Shown here: positions 47,161 through 58,900 of the stretch, one piece after another
Layout of the letters: the number at the start of each line of letters is the position of its first letter
Position numbering within the stretch: the stretch's first letter is position 1
Assembly (NCBI GenBank): GCA_054600435.1
Contig: BAAIJX010000006.1
Coordinates: 558,001 to 622,000 of the forward strand
DNA length: 64,000 nt
Direction of reading: 5' to 3'
From: Neophaeotheca triangularis
Taxonomy: Eukaryota
The notes under the pieces: generated by a model
The model's input: only the letters and a program-made list of their open reading frames with translations
Database searches by the model: none
What the model was told of the DNA's origin: nothing
Program-made: the position numbers and the translations under genes

Positions 47161-49017
47161 ATGAGGAGCCTGCTCTCGTCTCGCGGAAATACCTCGAACA
47201 ATACAACTTGCAAACCAGGAAGCAGTACGAACAACGAGGGGGCGCGTCAAAGGATAGCGCGTTGGCTCAAGCGCAGCCCGCAACAAGATCGAGGAAAGCA
47301 GATTGCAGCAGAGGACGAAAATACCCCGATACGCTACTACGGACCCACCGTGCCTTGTGCTGGATCGACCGTCGCCGAAGAGACCCTATACAGGATCAGA
47401 CAAGAGGCGTTCTGTAATCGCCTCGACTCTTCAGGTCACACCAGTCTGATTGGCCGCATCCACCCATCCAGGATCCTCGAACTTGAGCATATGGGGTTCG
47501 AATTTGAAGACTTTGAGCTTGACGACAGGCCTGGTGGAGACGCGCACTCTCTGACTCTCCTAGCTCGATCGATCCTTCCCGATTCCTATCGCTATCCTTC
47601 GCAGATTTACCACAGAAGCAGCTTTCACGGGCACAAGAGGCCCGGCCTAGGTGAGCAAGGGCCTTCACGAAGGATGTCGCCGTTCAAGAAAGGAAACAGC
47701 ATGCCCACCATGAAAGCCAAGAAACCAACATATAGGAATGGCCCGCATACTGTCAACGACTACCTAGATCAGGCGGAGATTGCAAAGCAGCTTCCCGGTC
47801 CGCCATTCGTTCCCACTCAACGGGCCACTGGCTTGAAGGAGAACGGAACGCCAATTGGCCCAGTGCAGACAAGTGAAGCGGAACATACTTACAACAACTG
47901 GCACGCTTTGCCCAGGGAGGAGAAGGTAAAGCCATTCCTACCCTAGGGCCTAATCTACCGGGTGATCATGTTGACAAGTTGACAGATGATCGAGAGGCGC
48001 GCACTGCAATACCATCTCTTAGGCTGGCGTCTTGCTCAGCCGAGGAAAATTCGCCTAATCGAACGACCCGTCAGCCCCGGTTCCAAAGCCCCTGAACAAT
48101 ATTTTGCCCAGTCGACGATCAGCAAAATCGAGACTGGATCTTTTGATTCTCAAGCGATTGTTGGCGATTCAAATAACATATCACAGGAGTGGGGTTCGCA
48201 ACTACCGCAAGAGGAAAGCTTCAGTCTGCTGCTACCCGATCCGGAGTCGGCCAGCAGCGAACGTGGCTCAGATGATGATATGAGCATCTGTGGCCTTGGC
48301 ACAAAGGGCCCGTCGGCCGTTGAAGGGCCACACGAGCACCAATCTGTAACAAGCGCTTCATCGATACCGAACAAGAAGAAAGACTCAGGCATGCCGGGCT
48401 CAGGTGGATCCTGGTCGAACGTCGGACAATCCTCTGTATCTAGTGTAATCGAGCAAGCGACGCAAGACACGACGCACCGCTTGTCTTCGGTCCGGGATTT
48501 TGCGTATCTACCCCAGAACGAGCCTAAGAAGCCATCTCATGTCGAAGTACCGGAACCATCGAGTTGCGCAGTCTCGCCTACGCCCATGAGCCCTTCATCG
48601 CCCAAGACCATCGCGTTCCTAGAACCAGAATCACCTCACTCCGGGCCTTCGCAGTCCACGTACGCTCCTTACCCGCTTCATCGTAAAAGTAGCACGCAGC
48701 CCATGACAAGTCCCCAAATTGCCGCCGCTGGCTTCGAGAAGCACCTGCGGCGAAGTCCGCCAGGGACGCCCAAGGGCGCACACGAAATGGCAGTCGATAT
48801 CATGCGACAGAGTAGCATGAACCCGGAAAGCTTTGTCGTAGTGGATCGCGCTCTCAGGAAAGTGAAGAAGGACAGCGATGATAGTCAAGGTAGAGGCGGC
48901 TTCCGGACGGTCATGTGGAAGGGTAAGGACACGCAGGCACCCGAAGGACAGTCGAGGATGGGCTGGATGCGGTCGAGGAGCCAGAAGCTGGGTCGGCGGC
49001 GTACGTCTAAAAGCTGA
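47161..49017 (+). CDS. Hypothetical disordered protein (~598 aa, 2 exons; start uncertain)
   Basis: Two long ORFs joined in phase 0 by intron 47926-47985 (AAG|GTAAAG...GACAG|ATG). Ser/Pro-rich; no family recognised. Confidence 0.6.
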
Positions 49018-49756
49018 GCACTGATGGTGGCTGAGAATATATCGCTTATCCTGAACTCTGTCGCCAGCTAGAACGCGGGGAGGTGGAATTCGCAAGAAGG
49101 ATGCTGTTTTCATTCAGGCGTCAGTCAGTACGAATGCATTGCTGATTAACGTACAGCACATGTATGATGCACAGCACTCGACGCGCTCACGCATACAATA
49201 GCACAATATTAGAGTCAACACAACAAGGAAATGTAATTTTGCAGGCAGATCAGATACATTACCTTATGCTCGTCAGAAGGCCGCCCCTGTTGGGAGACTG
49301 CCCGTCTGATCACGTGGACAACGACCCCGCAAACAAAGTGTACCTATGCCAGAGACATACTACTAGTAGGAGGTAGTACCTTATTATCAAGTTATGCCTC
49401 GGTCTTGCTACTGAAAATACCACGATTGGCTACCCAAACCTCTCAGCAGTCAGTAGTACCTCCTTATATTGGAGAGGCAAGAGTGGAATAGCCTCGGCCG
49501 ACGACACTCCCAATACAGGAACCGTTAACAATTACTGGTTACCGGCCTACAGCTCTTGCGTAGCCGCCAAATCGTATTACCGGATAGGTTCAAGGTTGCC
49601 AGAAGGTAACTGAATGGTACAAGACTACAAGTATCAGAGGCTTGCCCAAGTACCTAACCGCGCCCAGGGAAGGTAGGTTTTCTTGTTACTTTCGTCCTTG
49701 CATCCTATCCGAAACCTCTTGTTCTCTCCGCCTCAGCAGGCCATTGGCACGTCAAA

Positions 49757-51618
49757 ATGACAAGGTTGAATCTCTCCCTGCTAGCAGCGCTGCCCGTGGC
49801 ATATGCCTTCGCAGCGCCAAACGGTCTTGATCACACTCAACCACCCCATGGCTATGCTACTGCTCAACCCGGGACACCAGACGCAGCATGCGGATATCCT
49901 GGCGGTGGACCAACTGCAGTGGTAGATGCCGGCACGCTTGTAGGCACTTCGACTTCCCTCCCAGCTGCCACTGCTTCTGTCAACAAGTTCTTGGGTGTCC
50001 CCTTTGCCGTTTCTCCGCCAGAACGCTTCTCTCCCCCTCAGCCTGCAGCGCCGTATGGAACCATCGATGCCACACAGTTCAGCGCTGCTTGCATTCAGCA
50101 GTTTAATTACCCTGAGGCGACTAGGCAGTTCACCCAAGCCGTCTTTAACAATCCCCCTGCCGAGGAAAGTGAGGATTGCCTGTAAGTCAGATCGAGATCG
50201 AGGACTAGGTGATCGTTCAACCGAGACTGATTTCCTCTCAAGCTACTTGAATGTCTACGCACCCAGCACACCTGCTCCTGTTGACGGCCGATCCGTGCTC
50301 TTCTGGATCTACGGTGGCGCTTTGCAATTTGGCAACGCAGGGCAGAACACCTACGACGGAAGCGCCTTCGCCTCATACGAAGATGTGATCGTTGTCTCGG
50401 CCAATTACCGCACCAACGTCTTCGGTTTCCCGTCCTCGCCTGAACTGCCAGAGACAGGCCACAATCTCGGATTCCTGGACCAACGCCTCGCCCTAGACTG
50501 GGTCCAGCGTAACATTGCTGCTTTCGGCGGTTCACCAGACAAGGTCACCTTGTTCGGCGAGGTAAGACAACCGCCAAATCCATGCATGCGAAAACTGTGC
50601 TAACCTTCGACAGAGCGCGGGCGCTTTCAGCATCGACTCACTCCTGACATCGTTCCCAGCCAACTCCACGCCTCCTTTCCGCGGCGCCATCTTGCAGAGC
50701 GGCCAGTACTCCTACCGCCTCCAGGCACCAGAGTCCGAAGTGCCGCAATGGAACCAGCTCGCCGCCGGGCTAGGGTGCCCAGGCAACTACAGCAGCAATC
50801 TGACCTGCGTCCGCGCCGCACCCGCCACCGAAGTCAAACGCATCATCGAAACGCAACGTCTCACCTTTGACCCGAACCCCGACGGCGTGACCTTGGTCCA
50901 AAACCCCGCCGCGCAACGCCTTAGCGGCGACATCGCCAAGATCCCGGTCCTAGGCGGCACCAACGCGCAAGAAGGCCGCGTCTTCGCAGTCGGCACGACA
51001 AACGCGACAACCTTCCTCTTGGGCTACTTCGGGCAAGGAAACGCCGGCCTCGTTGCCGACCTCTTAGCCGCCTACCCCAACGGTACCGAGTACGACCGCG
51101 GCGCCGCAGTCTTCACCGACCTCATCTTCACTTGCGCGCAATCCCGCTGGGCCAACGACTCCGCCGCTCTCGGAATCCCGACCTGGCGCTACTATTACAA
51201 CGCCTCCTTCGCAAACACCCAGGCTTTCCCCAACCTCGGCGTCTACCACGCCAGCGAGATCCCCATCGTCTTTGGAACCTACTTGAAAGAGAACGTCACG
51301 ACGCAGGAATACGCGCTTTCCAACTCCATGCAAAGTGCTTGGGCGCGGTTTGCAAAGAACCCAGCTAGGGGCCCTGGCTGGAATCCCGTCGGTACTGGGC
51401 AGCTGGGTAGTGTGCTCGTTGGGGCTTCCGAGCAGCAGCCTGGTGGCATTTACCTCGGCGGTGATGGTGAGGTGTTGGAGGGGGCTTTTGATCTGGCGGT
51501 CTTGGGCAACAGGAATGATGTCCCGTCTGGAGGTGTCACTGTCATCGCCTCAGAGGAGGTTGATGTCAGATGTGGGCTTTATAACCCGCTTTACGAGTTT
51601 ATTAACTCTCAACGCTAA
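49757..51618 (+). CDS. Secreted type-B carboxylesterase (582 aa, 3 exons)
   Basis: Exons 49757-50181, 50243-50561, 50614-51618. Signal peptide; FLGVPFA, ESEDCLYLNVY, FWIYGG, NYRTNVFGF, GFLDQRLALDWVQRNIAAFGG, GE^SAG, TNAQEG, GVYHASEI. Confidence 0.93.
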
Positions 51619-51874
51619 CGCCGGGAGCCGTGTTTGAGCGGATGGCTAATTGATATATCTTGCATAACCGTGCACTCTAGTTACCTGCTTCGCCGAAATA
51701 ATCAAATCAATTACCGCTACGCTATGCTACGCTATGGTGTGCTCTGCTACAAAATGCTGTTTCAAATGAACCCAAATACCACCGCTCAAACGTTAAATTC
51801 CAAAAAAGCTTTACGCACTCTTCAAGTCAAGTAACCCCTGTCATCTCCAGACTAAACGAAATGCAATTAAATTA

Positions 51875-54800
51875 TTATCTCCCAGGCGCCCACTCCTGTC
51901 CAGGATAACTCGCGCCCCTCATCTTGGGCACCTCCTCTCTCTCCTCCCTCCGCGGCCCATTACCCTCATAGACCGGTTGTTGAGCACCGCCGTGGGCTGG
52001 ACTCTGTGGTTTAGCGTAGTATCTACTCTGCTGCTGCGGCGGGGGGGCCGAGGGCGCGATATACGGGCTCTGCGGGTTCGGGTTTGCGGATTGAGGGGAA
52101 TAGGGGGGAGAGGGGTAAGCGCGGCTTTGGTCATAGCTGCGGCGGGCTTGCGGGGGGTAAATGGCGGAAGAGGAGGTCACGGCTGAGCCCGAGGAGATTG
52201 GGGCGGCAAAGTATGCTGCTTGCTGTTGTTGTTGTTGTTGTTGTTGTTGTGGTTGAGGTTGGAGTGAGTTTTGTTGGTCTGGAGGGCTTTGCGTGGGCCA
52301 GGGGGCTTGCTGATTGGGGTTTTGAGGGCCGGGACTACGAATAACTTCGCTGTCGATGGAGGCCATGCCGTGAGCAGAGCCGGGGGAAAAGTTTGGAGGA
52401 GGCGGTGACGGAGAAGTCATGGGTGCCAATCGAGGCGGATGTCCCTGCGATCCGAAAGAATGCTGTCTCTGGTATGCGAACCCGGATGCCTGAGGCGGTG
52501 GGGATTGAGCAGGATAAGGTCCCATCCTTTGAGCGCTTGACGGCGGTCCGATCGGAGGTGCGTAGCCGCTGTAAGAAGCTTCGGTTGGCTGGAAAGCGAT
52601 GGGGACGGGCGGAGATTGTGGGTCTCTAGAGTGACCTGCGCTCTGCATACGTCGATGCTGTTGCATTGATTGTGGTTGCTGCCATTGTGCAGGTTGGCCG
52701 TACCCAGCAGTGGGAGCACCAGGACCGTAGTAACCCTGAGGTGGTGGACTCTGATAGACGGGCGAAGCGGACATGCCACGGGGATCCTGTGGAGCCTGTC
52801 TGCCGCCAAAGTAATCACTACCTTGAGGCGGGTTTTGGAACACAGGGGAGCCCATCGCACCTCTGGGGTCCGAGTAAGGCTGCTGATACGGCGAGGTCAC
52901 CAGGGGAGGCTGGGGACCGTCTTCAGCAACGGAGACATTACCGCGCAAATCAGGGATATGCTGTCTTCGCGCAGCCTCGTAAGCTTCATAACTGTTCAAC
53001 TTTCGATTGGGCCGGATCTGTTGGCGAAATTGCTGCTGCTGCTGTTGGTACTGGAACTGACGCATCCGCTGTTCTTGCAGACGTTCGTGTTCCCGGACCT
53101 GGGCATCGCGTTCTTGTTGAGGCATGGATTTCTGGAGTTTAGTGGGCTTGCTAGGAGCTGACAGCTCGCGCTTCGGGGAGCTGTCCTTGGGTCTGGCTTG
53201 GGAGTTTGAGCGGCCGAAGATGGAACTGAGGCGGCCAAGACGGCTCTTCTTGCGTTCGGGCTCCTTAGGGGCGGCGGCGTTTGGTGGAGGCCTTGACAAC
53301 TTTTTGGGCGTAGTCTGAGGCTGTTTCTCTGGCTCCGCCGACTGCACCAAGTTTGTAGGCACCATTGCTTGATCGACAGGCCCAGACAGCTGCTGGTCCG
53401 TATCTTGTGGCGATCCCTCGGGTATTTGACCGAGACCTGAAGGCGTCGCTGCAGGACTAGCCATTTGTGGCTCTTGGTAGCTGCCCTGCGGCTCCTGGTG
53501 ATAAGTTTCCTGCGGCTGGAAACCCTGCTCCGGCGCTTGCGTGAACATTGGATGCTGCATATCGCCCGTATGCCCAACTGGAAGCCCTTGGTTCTGCTCA
53601 GCCTGAGAACGACCGATTTGCCTTCCATATCCGTCCCAAGCACCCGAGCCCTGCTGGTCGGTAACATCCGTACCCTGCATGGGCTCATTAGACACAATCT
53701 GTGTCAGATCAGAACCGTAGTGAGTATAATCCCTATGATGCGGTGCCACTCGCGCCATCTGAACATTCGGTTCCGGCGTGGAGCTGTCTCGACTGCGCCA
53801 AAACCCAGACATTCCTTTTTGTCGCTGCTGCGGGCTGAAGTTCTCGGGCGGTCCTACGCCCGGAAGTTGGTATTCCGTGTCCTGTTGGCGAGGGTCCGCC
53901 ACTCGTTCAAAAGAGGAAGTACCGTAGTTGGTGCCTTGTTGGTCGAGACCGGCTTCGTAGTATGGTGCCTGCATGTAGTTGGCTTGTTGCTGCTGCCTAG
54001 GCTGGTACTCGTAGGGCTGGTTCTGCGTAGGTGCTGGCGGGGCGTTGAAAGGGCCTAGCCTTGGTGGCGGCGTGCGAGAGGGGGGTCCCACTTGCAAATC
54101 TTCTTGCATGGGCGCACCACCTATATCAGTACCCAGTGGCATGTAGGACGTTGGTCTCGGTGAAGGCGATTGGCGGTAGCTGTAGGGTCGACCGAGAGTT
54201 TGCCCTCTTATAGGCGTGCCTTGAAGAGAGCTCGGTTCGGTAGGCAGCCGCACTCCGCCAGCTGTCGAAGCCGCCGAACTGGGGGACTGGTGGAAGCTAT
54301 GAAGTCGAACTGGCGTCTGTCCCCTCACGGGAGTGCCTTGACGGGAGTTCGTTGTTGGGCTTCTCGGCATTCTGCCTTCGTCAGCTGCCAAAGCCGGTGA
54401 CCCCTGTCGGCTTGTTTTCAATGCCTCGCCTTGAGCCAAGACTGTAGATTGCCTACGTTGATCAGGTACTTGGCCGAGAATGTTGGGACCCTCAAGGCTC
54501 GAGACTGACGAATGGCGACTCGAGCCACGTTTTGCAGTTGACGTCCCGGCCTCCCCAGCCTCGTCGTGAGATTTCTGGCCAGCGGAAACAACACTGACGG
54601 CGTCGTCCTTCTCAGCAGCCTCATTGCTGCGACTCGCAATCGCATTGTCGCCTCGAGTCCCGAAAATGCCGCCATTCTCGTCCATCCTTGCAGCACCTGT
54701 GGCAGGACTCGGCTGTGTATGGCTCGTCTGGGAGGGCAGCAGAGCCCTGTCGCTGAATTGTCTTTTCTGCACCGGTCGCTCAAAAGACACAGGAGGACCT

Positions 54801-55762
54801 TTCGGCAAAGACGCAGACGCTGCCGCCGGAATTTTAGACTTCGGCTCATCTTCCATCGCTCCTGGTGACATTGAACGAGTAGCTTCAGCCGGTAGCGTGA
54901 CTTGTTCGCTCGTCTCAGACATCACCGGTGGCGTAACAGTCAAAGCAGCAGTATCGCTTTCATCAGCCTCACTAGCGGTCCTCTCTTGCTTCTGAACTTG
55001 CTCCGTAGGCACTTCATTAGACTTGTCTCCTTGAACACCACCTTGCCCCTTCGCCTCTTTGTCCTGGTGAACACCGTCCCGACCTCCCTGCTCAGAAATC
55101 AGGTTCTCCGAAATAGACCCAACAACGGACCCAGCCCTCAACCTCCCATCCTCCTCTTTACCATCCTTCCTCGGCGAACCCGGATCAGCAACACTAGACG
55201 CTCTAAGCGTTTCCCCACCGGGACTCGGCAACACGCCCAGACGTTCCGAACTCTCCGCCCTCTCCTTATTCGCAGGCGTCATAGGCGGGGCATCATCGCC
55301 GGGGTCGCCCCAGCCTTCTGTGCCGGGTGCCAAAGGTCGGGACTCGTGGTCGTTGGAGCCGGAAAGCACGGTGGGCATTGTTTCCGGGTCCTTGATGGTT
55401 TCGGCCGTTGGAACAGTGTTAGTGCCGCTGCGGGAACGGCTCTTGCTTCGGCTTCGGGAGCGTTGGCGCAGGCGCGAGAAGGTGCTCGAGAGGGTTCGGT
55501 GGGCTGGCGTGCGGGTTGTTTGGGCCAGGGGCGTGACGTCGCGGAAGGGGAATTCTGATCGTGGGTCTGAACGTAGGTCTGGGACACCTATGTTTGCGGC
55601 TGCAGTTGTGGGTTTGGTTCCGGTTGAGGCGGGCGCTTTTGTAGTTCGCGTGTTTGAACGTGCGGGAGCATTCGAAGGGACGCTCGACGAAGGTGGCGGG
55701 AAAAGGCGGTCTGGACGCGAAGGTTGCGCTGGTGTGGATGGAGCGGGAGAGGCGAGGGAGAC
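51875..55762 (-). CDS. Q/P-rich disordered coding region; either a separate gene (ATG 55378) or the 3' exon of the 60324 gene
   Basis: 1167-aa ORF from ATG 55378, but the frame stays open 128 more codons upstream to a TAG acceptor at 55765-55763. PolyQ tracts; C-terminal motif PKMRGASYPGQEWAPGR. Confidence 0.85.
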   Translation of the reverse strand, partial: VSLASPAPSTPAQPSRPDRLFPPPSSSVPSNAPARSNTRTTKAPASTGTKPTTAAANIGVPDLRSDPRSEFPFRDVTPLAQTTRTPAHRTLSSTFSRLRQRSRSRSKSRSRSGTNTVPTAETIKDPETMPTVLSGSNDHESRPLAPGTEGWGDPGDDAPPMTPANKERAESSERLGVLPSPGGETLRASSVADPGSPRKDGKEEDGRLRAGSVVGSISENLISEQGGRDGVHQDKEAKGQGGVQGDKSNEVPTEQVQKQERTASEADESDTAALTVTPPVMSETSEQVTLPAEATRSMSPGAMEDEPKSKIPAAASASLPKGPPVSFERPVQKRQFSDRALLPSQTSHTQPSPATGAARMDENGGIFGTRGDNAIASRSNEAAEKDDAVSVVSAGQKSHDEAGEAGTSTAKRGSSRHSSVSSLEGPNILGQVPDQRRQSTVLAQGEALKTSRQGSPALAADEGRMPRSPTTNSRQGTPVRGQTPVRLHSFHQSPSSAASTAGGVRLPTEPSSLQGTPIRGQTLGRPYSYRQSPSPRPTSYMPLGTDIGGAPMQEDLQVGPPSRTPPPRLGPFNAPPAPTQNQPYEYQPRQQQQANYMQAPYYEAGLDQQGTNYGTSSFERVADPRQQDTEYQLPGVGPPENFSPQQRQKGMSGFWRSRDSSTPEPNVQMARVAPHHRDYTHYGSDLTQIVSNEPMQGTDVTDQQGSGAWDGYGRQIGRSQAEQNQGLPVGHTGDMQHPMFTQAPEQGFQPQETYHQEPQGSYQEPQMASPAATPSGLGQIPEGSPQDTDQQLSGPVDQAMVPTNLVQSAEPEKQPQTTPKKLSRPPPNAAAPKEPERKKSRLGRLSSIFGRSNSQARPKDSSPKRELSAPSKPTKLQKSMPQQERDAQVREHERLQEQRMRQFQYQQQQQQFRQQIRPNRKLNSYEAYEAARRQHIPDLRGNVSVAEDGPQPPLVTSPYQQPYSDPRGAMGSPVFQNPPQGSDYFGGRQAPQDPRGMSASPVYQSPPPQGYYGPGAPTAGYGQPAQWQQPQSMQQHRRMQSAGHSRDPQSPPVPIAFQPTEASYSGYAPPIGPPSSAQRMGPYPAQSPPPQASGFAYQRQHSFGSQGHPPRLAPMTSPSPPPPNFSPGSAHGMASIDSEVIRSPGPQNPNQQAPWPTQSPPDQQNSLQPQPQQQQQQQQQQAAYFAAPISSGSAVTSSSAIYPPQARRSYDQSRAYPSPPYSPQSANPNPQSPYIAPSAPPPQQQSRYYAKPQSPAHGGAQQPVYEGNGPRREEREEVPKMRGASYPGQEWAPGR
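52224..52250 (+). repeat. (TGT)n tract encoding polyglutamine on the minus strand
   Basis: Perfect ttgttgttg run inside the 51875 coding region. Confidence 0.9.
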
Positions 55763-55986
55763 CTACAGAGATGACTTACATGAGCTTGTATTCTGAATAA
55801 TGGGTGTCTTCTGACCAGGTTTGTAGAAATCGAATCGTGGTGCTAGGATACAATTGATGTGTTTCCCTTTGCCATCGAGCAAATTACATTAGAAAATACT
55901 GGTCGTGCAGTCGTGAAATAACCCTCACTGTTGTACCGCTCAGCCCAAGCGCCGCCGTGAATGCAATGATGGAAAGGGGCAGGAAT

Positions 55987-58900
55987 TCAACCAACCTTGC
56001 CGTCCGCACCAGGTCCCGACGCACTTCTTGTCCCTCCCAGTCTACTTTTGCCCTTAGCTAGCCACCCCTTGGCACTTGTGCCCGCTTTGCCTCCAAGGAC
56101 AGTAGCACTCTTCATCAAGTCCTTCCCTCTCGCCTGTAGGTGTTCGGCATGGTGTCCTTGCCCACCAGCTGTGTCACCGCTCGAAGTCTGTGCCGGAGTC
56201 TGACCTGCCGGTACGCCAGCCGAAGCCCTTCTGGCCCCGTCGTTCCCACCGAGACGATTGGCGTACTTCATGATACTAGGGCTGTGCTTGTGTCCGACTG
56301 CGATGCGACCCAACGTGCTCGATGGCAGCGCCGAAGGCTTGTAGTCTGAAGGCGAGTGCAGGTCGTAATCGGCGTTGTTTTCCTTCATTTGAGTCAACCA
56401 GGCAGACAGCCCTGTATCCTGTTCGGCAAAGATAGTACGGGTGGAATCGTAGGCAGCAATGCGCTGGTTGTAGTCCTTGATGGCGAGAATCTCGCGGAAC
56501 GGGGGAATACGTCCACCGGATGACTGCCGATTTTTTGCAGCGGTCAAAGGTTCGTCGTCATCTTTGGGAAGTGGCGTTGGCGCTCCAGTGTCCTCCCCGA
56601 TTGCTGTGGAACTCTGCTGAGAGGTGGTATGTTGCAAGCCTGGTGAATCAAGAGCCCCCCCATAGTATGACGGTATGTGGGACGTCCTGTCATTGACATC
56701 GTCATCAACGTCAATAGGCGCAGGATCAAGCTGACGCATGTTTTCCGCCTCGTCATCCGCTCCATCGTCGTCTCTGTCGCGCTCGCCGGAAGCCTTCGAT
56801 GCCAGGCCCGCAGCGCCGGCACCAACAACGGCTGCAGTGCCGACAGGCAATGCATCCGACGACATCGCGCTCTCGGCCGCTGCTGGTTCGCGCACTGCGA
56901 CAGGCGTCTCAGGCTCGTCATCCGAGTCACTGATGTTCGGATTGACAATGTGCAGTCCCTGTCGGCTCCTCGGCCGCTCGTAAGGCTGCTCGGGTGCTAT
57001 AGCATTGGGATCCTGGGCAAACGATGGTGTTGTGAGGGTTTTCGGGTCAATGAGACGCCCGGCGTTTGGGGACTTGTTCTCCCAGCTAAAGCGTTGATCG
57101 AGCATGCTGGGCTTTTGTGGCGTCTCAGAGGCATCTTCGGTGGATTCTGTAGAGATGGTCGGTATCGGTCGGGTTTCCGCAGCGGGCAAAGGATCCTCGC
57201 CCTCATCGACGCGACGCGCATTTTCGGGCGCGTCCAGAGCGTCTTGTGTCCTGTCTTGGTCTTCCAACTCTTCCAAGATACTTTCTCTCTTTATGTTCTC
57301 TCGCTCTTCAGGGTTGAGTGACCGGACAATGTCCTTACGCAAGCGGTCGGATTCCACGTCGCTAGCGTGAGTGTCTGTCGATACAGTGGGGAGCACAGTA
57401 GGACGCAACCTTCCCACAGAGTCACGAGATGCAGTTCCACCAGGCCTGAGCGGTGACAGCTGGACTGGCTGCGAAAAGTACCCACTCACAGGCCGCTCAT
57501 CAGAGTCATCAGCAGGATACTCACTAGGCATCTTAGGGGTATCCTTGGCGGGCGGTGTTGGAGGCACACTGCTAGCGGCTGAAGTGACGTTTGTCCCGGT
57601 GTCGCTTTCGAAGCGTTGCAGGTGTAGAGGCCGCACGGAGTCCCCATGGTACTCCCCAGTCGGTTCTCTGGTATTTTCTGGCTGCTCAACAGGGGCGGGA
57701 GGCTCGTTTGATGCAAAGTCATGGGTTTGATGTCCAAGGCCCATATTCGAGACCAACGCGGCGCCGAGAGCCTCACCGGCTCCTTTGACCGAGGTGAGTG
57801 GGTTGCCAGATTCGCCTTGAGAATTGCTACCTGTATTTAGTGAGGTTTTGTTCGTCGGGGTAATGTCGATAGTCTCATCTGGTCCAGCGTATGGCATTCC
57901 ACGAGGAGTTGGAGGTGATGTCCGAATGTTGTCTTCTTGGCGAATGCCCTCCTGTCCGTCCCTTTCAGAAGGCTGTTCAGCAGCAGGCGTTGGGGCAGCG
58001 CTCACCCATTCGCCGGGCAGGTGCGGCCGAAAGCTGGGCGCCGTTTGTGGCGCAGGTCTAGCAGTAGGTGTGATGTCTCGCGAGTCGTTGACGGTCCCGT
58101 CGTTACCATAGTTAGGCAGCATCGGGTCAGGGCTGCCAGACATGCTCCTCTCGCTACTGTCCCGATCTTCAGTGCCTTCTTTGATTCCGCTATGCTTGCT
58201 GGATAATGGCGCTGGCATTTGGGCCAAATTCTCACGGCTGCCTCCGAAGTTACTCCAAGAACTTTTACTGCTCGTAGTACTAATTGCCGAGTTACGTCTT
58301 GAAGCATCGTCAATGTCGTTGTACTTTGTCGCAATCTCTCTGACTCTCGATTTCGCCGGGCTCTCACGACCACTAGGAATCGAGCCTGGAGTAGTGGAGC
58401 GCTGGAAACCTGGAAACCCGTATGAGTTGCCCGGAGGGCTTTTGTGGCCCCAACCTGAGCCAGGGGTCACTGGTGATCCCGGCTGCGAGCTGTTGATTGT
58501 ATGGAGACGCAAGAATTCCCGCTGATTCTCCTTCTCTTGCTCAGCAGCTTCGGGTGAGTAGGCGCCTTTGTTGTCGACAGCATTGATATCTTCTGCCAAA
58601 TCGGATTCCCGCTTGCTGTAGTCTGTGCCACTTCTACCTCTACCAGCACGTGGCAAGTCATTCCCTGCAGAGCTTTGTTGTAGAGTGCCAACTTCATCAA
58701 CCTGGCTAGCTGGGGTTTCTGATGGGTGAAGGTTGGCCTCTGGCACTTCCATCCCTTGGTCATACACATCAGGAGTCTCCAATGTGGGAAAGGTCTCTGC
58801 AGCCATCGGAGCACTGACTCGTCTACTTCCGGCGTCTTCCAGAGCGGGCGTCCTCGCCGGAGAATTGTTTGGGCTTGGTGTGTTCCAGCTCGCACGGTCA

